This document shows, piece by piece, positions 43,301 through 50,900 of a DNA stretch of 52,788 nucleotides. The notes beneath the pieces were generated by a model. It was not told where the DNA came from, searched no databases, and worked only from the letters and a program-made list of their open reading frames with translations. Numbering within the stretch: the first letter of the stretch is position 1; every line of letters begins with the position of its first letter. The stretch covers positions 1 to 52,788 of IMG/VR virus record IMGVR_UViG_3300042516_004385. One strand, given 5' to 3'. A program made the position numbers and the translations under genes. The DNA is from a virus (lineage: Duplodnaviria; Caudoviricetes).

Positions 43301-44442
43301 ATGTTGCTATAGCTAACCAGGCAAATGCACAAGCTGCACAGATAACCAACCAATTAATGGCAATGGAAGCTAACAGGCTGGCCGAACTTAATAAGGGCAA
43401 CTTCTTGGCTGCTAGGGATTATCAAAGGGAAATGGGTAGACTTCAAGCTGAATGGGCTGACAGGAAGCAAAAACAGCACGATACTGCAGTTAAAACAGCG
43501 TGGCTTAATAAAACATCTCCATACTTTAACATTGATCCTTATACACAAATGCCGGTGTTTAAACCCGGTGATGCAGAAGCAAGGTATTGGAAAGATATTA
43601 AAGGTGGAAGCGATGGTAATTTCCCAGACATGATTTCAAAATTGATGTCTGAGAAAGGGTGGTCATTTGAACAAGCTCTTGCTGCTCTTACTAAGGGTAC
43701 AGGTACTGTAAAAACTCAACATACAGATCCTGTTACAGGGGATAAAACAACCAGTACAGGTACTGCTGCAGGTAAATATGGAGGTATGATGAGGTATGGT
43801 GGTTCTCACATGGCAATGCCGGAAATGGCACCTTACTATCAAATAGGAGGAAACTTTATACCACTTGCAGGTGGCCCTGACGTATCATTTAATGCAGTAG
43901 ATAATACTGCCTATACAATGCCTGTACAAAGTACAGAACCTTTGGAGATAGAAACAGAACAGTCACCTTTAAAAGGTTTGTCGTCAAAAAAGGCAAGCAG
44001 AAGAGATATTGCTACAATAACAAACAACCCGGGCAATATGATCTATAGTCCTAAGTTTGGTAAGTTATTTGGAGCAGTAGACTCCGGTATTAAACAAAGG
44101 GATGGTAAAGGTCACTTTGCTATGTTCCCGGATCTCAACACAGGTTTTAAAGCTTACCAGACACAACTCTTTGGTGAAGTAGATGGTGTTATGAAATCAA
44201 ACTACTACAAGAAAGATACTACTGTTAACCAAGCTTTAAAGACTTGGAGCAATAATGGTTATGATGGTAGTATCTACCCTGAGGTAAAAAACAAGAAGCT
44301 TTCTGAACTTACAATGGCAGAAAGAAATGAACTTGCTAAGAGGCAGATAAAACATGAATCAGGTGATATGTATAAGCTGCTCCGTGAAAGAGGTGTGTTT
44401 AAAAAATATGGAGGTAGTGCCTTACAAAAGTTCATAAGATAA
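40330..44442 (+). CDS. large cargo/ejection protein with M15-like peptidase and NNPGN lysozyme-like domains
   Basis: xxGG motifs; TYRHPSTQ...SLHAVNAAKD...DLGH; TNNPGN...FAMF...KHESG; Gln/Ala coiled coil. Confidence 0.7.
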   Translation: MAKIKIKAVPKMQTGGYAPLTSQERDAWERMQSAAYEQGFLGSEHNRQPGVDFMRQYGVDPNRLSAYQADLLEQRNVAPWGRPGAYMAKGPETTFSNVDAFYGPKTARERYGQYSIKEGNKPAVNFGTDWKAATAYSNQLEAARQAEYKDYGKPEANINYQAPEAPVTTPAPRATGLAATGFPTREEAVAKYKARKASGQELPSNYFTGKGNADYSIDSLRSTGKGSDEFAYGGSTKKIRISGVPTMATGGYANKDASHGYGNQQLGQSYALNRFWNTPAGYPFTTSKVNPYGKVGNTLPEAKDGGDINAEKQEMVLGDFDQDGQQELMNVDGPPHTEGGKDVNVPSNSFVFSDTKDLKIKDPQILAMFGMAPKRGGYTPAQIAKKYDLNKFKKILDDPNADDASKKTAQLMNDNYLSKLNRLASVQESMKGAMGMEYHDPQRGQVPAEEAPVQEVGNMDQGGTEMMQPEEMMMEYGGAPKYQTAGIFNSKYTNFLNSAKQDLQKLYPGKSVNIVETSTYRHPSTQAGLVKKGASTTDVSLHAVNAAKDFQILVNGKPVNDPELYHDVLWKNAERNGLYHLDPKGFGAKDLGHIGVIEEDGKSTYGRLIDAYPQIKNTKEFNALFEHVKNRVGSGNPTPKELLVYNQLQGQRYEPELWYKPMYPATENATSPLQETVTKSKVSRPVNLPIKKGILTAREVPVPPVLQTDTDNKNSNVNINDWVMSEYKGQIQRPTMQYAGLYPTTLQSLGTVPNWQEAIPVSQWTPNTNANQQVAKTVPSPYKMQPSVAKQQQNPELPYNEFLDIVGRNPNLDRLPITGLSSPYSLEEYPVPWAGTNYQMQGQEVLPLRPLSVSPQTSAATAVNVPPMTPFVSTDTEALVTNENKKKNRTAKQRTGIFANPNLYGDVMNLAQMAQLRKFVPYEPVPQAVIPETVFMDPTRAIAAQQEMARNAMEMAGQSANARAARATGLAYQGEAGKQAADTIAQYANQNVAIANQANAQAAQITNQLMAMEANRLAELNKGNFLAARDYQREMGRLQAEWADRKQKQHDTAVKTAWLNKTSPYFNIDPYTQMPVFKPGDAEARYWKDIKGGSDGNFPDMISKLMSEKGWSFEQALAALTKGTGTVKTQHTDPVTGDKTTSTGTAAGKYGGMMRYGGSHMAMPEMAPYYQIGGNFIPLAGGPDVSFNAVDNTAYTMPVQSTEPLEIETEQSPLKGLSSKKASRRDIATITNNPGNMIYSPKFGKLFGAVDSGIKQRDGKGHFAMFPDLNTGFKAYQTQLFGEVDGVMKSNYYKKDTTVNQALKTWSNNGYDGSIYPEVKNKKLSELTMAERNELAKRQIKHESGDMYKLLRERGVFKKYGGSALQKFIR

Positions 44443-44447
44443 TGGAC

Positions 44448-44464
44448 TAAACATAAAATGTTTA
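44448..44464. promoter_or_regulatory. palindromic operator-like site (copy 3) TAAACAT-AAA-ATGTTTA
   Basis: Identical to 29001-29017. Confidence 0.65.
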
Positions 44465-44478
44465 CAAAAAATATCAAG

Positions 44479-44519
44479 AGGTGCACATAAAAGGTTTTTC
44501 CAACCGATTATTTGCACCT
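44479..44519 (+). terminator. long imperfect hairpin, possible terminator, overlapping the next promoter
   Basis: AGGTGCA/TGCACCT, ATAA/TTAT and GGTT/AACC stacked stems; weak T tail. Confidence 0.45.
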
Positions 44520-44542
44520 TAATTGTTTAACTCGTATATTTA
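44511..44542 (+). promoter_or_regulatory. promoter TTTG-N20-TATATTTA
   Basis: Bacteroidota-type spacing; ATG at 44550. Confidence 0.7.
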
Positions 44543-44549
44543 TACTGTT

Positions 44550-47500
44550 ATGGATTATAATTGGCTCGAAAATGTCCCAAGCAGCCTAACACCAGTGCCG
44601 GTGTACCAGCCTGATTTTGGTTTTCTGCAAAGTATGCAAATGAAAGCTAATCAGCAATATGAGCAGGGATTTAAAGAAGTAAAGACTGCATACTCTTCTC
44701 TTTTTAATAAGAAGGTAACTGGTGAAGAAGCTACCAAGCGGCAGCAGGATTATAGCAAACAGGCACTTGACCAAATGAAGGCCATTGCTGCTACGGATCT
44801 GTCTGATCCAAAGAATGTGCAGATAGCTGATGATATTCTGGCCCCGTTTTATGAAGACAAGCTTTACTTGCAGAACATTGCAGATACCTCTCATTATCAG
44901 AATGAGTTTGCCAAACAGGAGGCAATGAAGAGTGCCAAGACTAAAGAAGAAAGAGAACTTTACAATCCTGTTATAGATTACTATTTGGGTAAAGGTTATG
45001 AGCAGCTTGCAAAAGCTCCTATGACCAATGAAGCATATGGTAAACTGGAGAGAAGGAAATCTATAGGTGTTGTAAATATTTCAGAAATTGCAAAAAAGCA
45101 GATAAGTGATGTAGGTTATATAAAAACTGTTGATGCCAATGGTAATGCAATGGTTATTACCACAAATGGACCAAAATCTGTAGAGGCATACTCTTCTGTA
45201 TACAAGTCAATAGCTGCCAGGCCGGAGTATGCAGAGCAAAATAGAGTTCTTTCTATAGCCAGGTTCGAGATGGAAACTGATCAGATCAGAAAAGATAATC
45301 CCAATTTATCACAGGATCAGGTTAATGGCTTAATTGCAGATAAAGCAATAGCAGGTAATGTAAAATGGTATGCCGGCAACATTGCTGATTACAGAAAAAC
45401 TGCAGCAGAATGGAGAAGAAAGAATATTGTTTATATGGATCTTGATGAAAACGGTTATCCTAAAGACGGTGTAGGAAAACCTCTTTCTATTGAAGATCAA
45501 CAAAATATTGAATATAACCTTAGTCAGGCAAAAGCTTTTGAAGAACAAGCAAAAAGAACCGAAGAGCTTTTTACTAAAGAGTTTGGTTATGTTCAGACAG
45601 ATCCGACTAAGTTTTCAACAAACATTGAAGATTATATCAAAGCAGTTGATCCTAATTCAGATCTTTACAAGAAAAGAGTATTAGATATAACAACAAACAC
45701 AAAGGATTACATACAGAATGTATATCTGTCTCAGGATGCAGATGCTTTTGCTAAAGGCCTGGCAAACCTTTCATCTATAGAGATAAAGGTAAATCCTGTA
45801 CAGCAAGAAGTAAATAAACAAGTTGCAGATGCATTCAAGCAACAAATGGACTTACTTAAGACTGAAGCCGGGATTGCACAAAAGCAGGAAGAAATTGATA
45901 TAAAGCTGTTACAAGCTAAAGCAAAAGCAGGTACCCTTTCTCAAGAAGATTTGGACAAGTATTACGGTCAAGGGTTTACAATGAAAGGTGTAGGTGCTTC
46001 TGCATCTCAATCAGGTATTGATGTTGGATCAGGTGATGTATATATGACCGGTACAAACGTCAGAAAGGTATCGACAATAGACAGCCTCAATCTTGCTAAA
46101 TTAAAACTGGCTACTGATATCAATAGAGAGTCATTTGGAGCAGATGGGATGCTGAACATGGCATCTGAGGATATTGTACCAAATGGTCTAAATGGTCCCG
46201 AGATACTTACTCTTTCCGGTGCATACAACAACTATCTTGCTACAGGTAAATATGACAATTCCTCATTAGCAGAGCGTGAAAAAATAGCTAATGTTCTAAA
46301 CAGTCTTCCTGAAAATAAGAACAAGAAATTTACTGCAGATAGTCATCCTAACGATATAAGAGAGGCACTTGGAAATATGGCTCGTACAGATGCTGCAGAT
46401 CCTCTTTTTAAGACAGTAAATCCTGAAAAGCAATCACTTGTCATGAAGATGGCATTGCAGAACCAGGTTATACAAAAGAACTCTGCAGAGCTTTTAAAAC
46501 TAAATGGAGATTATCAAAAAAACCTATCAGAATTTCTCAGAACAAACAATACAAAAGGGGAATTTAATAAGTTAATAAAAACTACAATTGATCCTAAAAC
46601 AGGAGAAAAAACTTATGACATAATTACTGCTAAAGATATGGCTTCTTCTTTTCCAAGTCTTACTGTAAAAGATAAAGAAAAAGGAGAAATTACTTTTACT
46701 CCTGAACAAGTTGCAGAAATGTGGAAAAATAAAACCATTGGTGAATTATTTAAAGACCAAGGTTCTCATATTGTTGGAGTAAATAAAAAAAGAATAGAGG
46801 ATTTTAAACATTTTATGCCATCAATGAATCGTGATGAATTGATGAAAGAGTGGCATAAATATATTTATGGTACATATAAAAGCCCCGCTACAGGAGGAAG
46901 CGGTCTTGATTATGTTACAGTTATAAGAGACAATTCACATCGTTGGGACAATGTTCCACCAGATCCTAACACGCCTGCAGCTAAATACGGTTCACCTGAT
47001 GAGATTCAAAATAAATTAAATACACTGTCATCAAAAGTAGTTGCTAATTTACCTCAATTTGCTACAGGGGAGTCTTCTCCTGAACTTACTTTTGATCTGT
47101 CTGGTACAGATAAACAAGAAATTGATCCTGTACAGAAAAAGACTGGTGAAGCTATAATAAAAACTATGCAATCTCCTATTAACAGGAAGAACATGTATAT
47201 TGTAGATGGTAGCAATAAACAAATTGAAAATGGTATTGATACTGATATACAAAAAGCAATAACAAATGCAAAGTTCAAAGACTTTATTTATGATATTGCT
47301 GGCTCAGTAACATACATTCCTTTTGGTCCAAACGGTGTGCCGGCTATTCGTATAAGCACTCAGCTTGGAAAAGGTGATAAAGACAATGAAACAATAGGAG
47401 GTGTTAGTGTTGCTAAAATTAAAAGTCTTGACACTATTTATATGGATATTGCAGACAATGCAAAATCTGAGGTATTGCAACAATTACCAAGACCTGAAAC

Positions 47501-47912
47501 ACTATACCGTTATGGTCAACTTCTTACTGATCCAAAAGGTATAACACAAGACGATTTTGAAAAAGCAAATGGTTTTGTGTACACAGTAAAACCTGATCCT
47601 AACAGTAAGAATGAAAAAGGTTTATTTACAAGGATGTATGTATATACAAGTCAGTGGCAAGTTGATGAAAAAACCGGCCAGTTTATAATGGAAAACAGTA
47701 AACCTAAATCTACTCCACAAGCAACTGCAGTATTTAATGTAGGTGAAGGTGGTTATAGTATTGATCATATCTGCGAGGATATGAAAAATAACTGGATATT
47801 GGGAGAGATGCAAAAAAGAAGGATGTTACTAGATGCTAATAAAAATAAACCTTCCTCATCTAACACTCAAACATTTGGTGATATTTACAAGAAATTTGGA
47901 TTCCAACAATAA
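44550..47912 (+). CDS. large internal virion / ejection protein
   Basis: PVYQPDFGFL...QQYEQG, DLSDPKNVQIA..ILAPFYED helical N-terminus; start moved from TTG 44523 to ATG 44550 because the former lies inside the promoter. Confidence 0.7.
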   Translation: MDYNWLENVPSSLTPVPVYQPDFGFLQSMQMKANQQYEQGFKEVKTAYSSLFNKKVTGEEATKRQQDYSKQALDQMKAIAATDLSDPKNVQIADDILAPFYEDKLYLQNIADTSHYQNEFAKQEAMKSAKTKEERELYNPVIDYYLGKGYEQLAKAPMTNEAYGKLERRKSIGVVNISEIAKKQISDVGYIKTVDANGNAMVITTNGPKSVEAYSSVYKSIAARPEYAEQNRVLSIARFEMETDQIRKDNPNLSQDQVNGLIADKAIAGNVKWYAGNIADYRKTAAEWRRKNIVYMDLDENGYPKDGVGKPLSIEDQQNIEYNLSQAKAFEEQAKRTEELFTKEFGYVQTDPTKFSTNIEDYIKAVDPNSDLYKKRVLDITTNTKDYIQNVYLSQDADAFAKGLANLSSIEIKVNPVQQEVNKQVADAFKQQMDLLKTEAGIAQKQEEIDIKLLQAKAKAGTLSQEDLDKYYGQGFTMKGVGASASQSGIDVGSGDVYMTGTNVRKVSTIDSLNLAKLKLATDINRESFGADGMLNMASEDIVPNGLNGPEILTLSGAYNNYLATGKYDNSSLAEREKIANVLNSLPENKNKKFTADSHPNDIREALGNMARTDAADPLFKTVNPEKQSLVMKMALQNQVIQKNSAELLKLNGDYQKNLSEFLRTNNTKGEFNKLIKTTIDPKTGEKTYDIITAKDMASSFPSLTVKDKEKGEITFTPEQVAEMWKNKTIGELFKDQGSHIVGVNKKRIEDFKHFMPSMNRDELMKEWHKYIYGTYKSPATGGSGLDYVTVIRDNSHRWDNVPPDPNTPAAKYGSPDEIQNKLNTLSSKVVANLPQFATGESSPELTFDLSGTDKQEIDPVQKKTGEAIIKTMQSPINRKNMYIVDGSNKQIENGIDTDIQKAITNAKFKDFIYDIAGSVTYIPFGPNGVPAIRISTQLGKGDKDNETIGGVSVAKIKSLDTIYMDIADNAKSEVLQQLPRPETLYRYGQLLTDPKGITQDDFEKANGFVYTVKPDPNSKNEKGLFTRMYVYTSQWQVDEKTGQFIMENSKPKSTPQATAVFNVGEGGYSIDHICEDMKNNWILGEMQKRRMLLDANKNKPSSSNTQTFGDIYKKFGFQQ

Positions 47913-47921
47913 AAAGAATTT

Positions 47922-50900
47922 ATGTCAAACTTTTCAGAGTACATACCTTTAGCAAGCAATCAGTCATCTTTATCGCTTGATACTCCTGTAACTCCAAACG
48001 TGCCATCTCCGGATGCATTCATATCTCCTATAGGTAATAATCCTCCAGTTATTGATAATAGTCAAAGTAGTTTCGGTAACTATATAGATGCACCTACTTT
48101 ACAAGAAAAACTGGCACCTACTCAGTTTGATTGGAATAAAACTCAAGCAGATAGGTTTACTCAAAGTAAGTATTTTACTACTAAGGGTTTTGATCCTTAT
48201 GCAGGATATGAAACTATTGATGGTAAGTCTTATGATGTAAATGAGCTCAAGTATGCAGGTGCACAGACATGGGGTGATGTAATGAGCAATGCTGTTGGTG
48301 GTTCACTGGCACTTGCTAAAAATACCTTTGTTGAAGGTTGGAAAGGGTGGGCTAATATGGCCAATGCATTTACAAACTGGAACAGTGATGAGACTTTTAT
48401 GCAAAGGCTTGCAGGTTCTCCTGAAGAGTTAATGCAAAAAGATGAGGAACAGAAAGCAATCTTTAACAAGTATGCAATCTTCAAAAGCCCTGTAAAGGAT
48501 ACCGGTTTTGGTGTATTTAACAGAGAGTTTGTTGGTGACATGGTACAACAATCCGGTTTCTCTTTGGGTGCCGGTGCACAGTTCCTTTCTGAGATGGCCC
48601 TTACCTGGGGAATAGGTGAAGGTTTTGGTGCAGTAGCTAAAAGTGCAGGTTGGTTAGCCAAAGGTCTGTCTGCAACAGAAGAAGGTGCAGAGACATTAAA
48701 CATGCTACAAAAGACAAACCAGCTTGCATCTAAAGGAAAGGTTATTAATGATGCAAGAAAGATAGCAGATCCTACAGCAATAAAAGGATATGGAGAAAGA
48801 GTACTTTCTTGGATTGGTGAACAAGTTACGGATGTTACAGGTATAGGTAAAATGGCAGAAGCTTATGGTGCAGGTGCATCAAAATACCAACTTGCAGCAA
48901 TGGGTGTAGGTGGTATTACAAGGTTCGGTGCAGCATTAAATACTGCTGCTACAGAAGCTCGTTTTGAAGCTGCCAATACCTACGGACAGATGTATGGTAG
49001 CTTTTTGAATGATTGGCAGGAAAAGAACAATGGTCAATTACCGGTAGGTAATGATCTGGAAAGGATAAGAAAAACATCCTATGCTGCTGCTACGGATGTG
49101 TTTGTAGCCAATACTGCATTATTACTTGCATTTAATCAGCTTGAGTTTGGTAATATAATTAACAAGTTTGGTTCTTCTTCTCGTTTAATGAGAGAAGCTC
49201 TGGAGCAAGGAGAAAGTGAGCTTTTTAGTGTTACAGGTAAACTTAAAAGGGATATTGCATCTACAGCAGGAGGGGCTGGTCTTAAAGAAGGACAGAAAGC
49301 TACACAGGCATATCTTAAGGGTAGGCTTGGTGCTCTTTCCAACTTCAACACTATCCGTAAGGATTTTGGTTTAGGTACAGCATTGTGGCAAGTAGGCAAA
49401 AGATCACAAGCTACAAAACTTCAAATTGGTGAGGGTCTGCAAGAGATACTGCAGAATGCAACTGATGTAACCTTTACTGATTACTATAAAAATCTCTATG
49501 ACGGAGGTAAAGATATTGATGGTAACAGCTTTGTGAAAGATCTTACTTCTGCAGATTGGGGTAAGGGTTTACAAGCTCAGTTGAGCATGGAAGGTTGGCA
49601 GACATTCTTAATGGGTGCCGCTACAGGTCTATTTATTACACCGGTACAGAGTGCTGCAATGGCCGGCTTTAAAAAAGCCAATGCATCAATCAATAAGCAG
49701 TACCAAGGAGAAGTAGATGCTCACAAGAAGATCATGAAAGCAAATCTTGATATTCTTAATACATGGTATACTGATCCTACAAAAGCACTGAACGAACATA
49801 TTAACGGTATAAAAGTACAAGGTAAGGCAGATAAAAACATGCAAGCTGCTTTACAAGGAAATGATAGATATGAGTTTCATAATGCCAAAGATGATGCTTT
49901 TGCAAGTGCAGTATCTGTTGCCATAAAGACCGGCAACTATGAATCATTTGTAGATAGCATTAGTGAGCTTGGAGAACGTCTTACAGATGAACAGTTTGAA
50001 CAGGCATTCGGTCTAAAGAAAACTAGCAGTACCAAAACAAGTGCCAGGGCCTTTACTCAGTCTATTGTAAAGGATATTGAAAAATATCATGATAATTGGG
50101 AAAACCTTAAAGACAAATTTGCGTATCTGATACAGCCGGAGCTTTATGCAAAAGACTCTAAGGATTATCAGAATGCCAAAGTAGCTAAGAAGATACTTGA
50201 TGATGCTATAGAAGTACTGGCAACCACATCTCATCATGCAGAAAGAACACTTGAAAGAGCTGCAGAACTGAGAGCAAAAGCTGCTGCTATTCCTGGTATT
50301 GGTGCATCGGCAAACAAGTCTTTTGATGTACTTAGTAGTTCATTTAATGCCTCAGTTGAGCTAAACCGTCTAAAAGATGAACTTACAAATCTTGAAGGTT
50401 TAACTAAAGATGCTACAATAACCGAGCAGATAAAAAATAACAAGGAGCAACAAAAGCACCTTGAGCAGTGGTTTGTTTTACATACAATCCTGGATGAGCT
50501 TAAGGGTATGGAAACTGCACCCGATTTAACTGAGCTTCAAGAAAACATGAAGAATAGTTTTACCGGCTATATTTCTGCAGTAAATACACAGTATGATAAA
50601 ACAGCACCTACATTGGATAAAAATGAGGTGAATGAGGTATTTGGTTATCTGATTGACTTTAATACTTTGAACAAAGACAATGGTCATTATGTAGCTGCAT
50701 TGAATGTACTTTCTGATCCTAAGAACTTTGCTCTGATGTATCAGAAGATGAAAGAGGGGGCAGAGGCTGCAAAAGAAAAGATAAAAAAAGAGCACGTCAA
50801 AGAAGCTAAGAACAGGACAGCAGCTTCTACTGGTACAGAAGTAGAAGAAGATGAAGAAGAAGAAGAACAAGAAGATGAAGATAAAGAATCTGAGCTTCCT

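Noticed and set aside
44523-44549. TTG start for the 1129-aa ORF
   Set aside because: Falls within the predicted promoter; ATG at 44550 is more plausible
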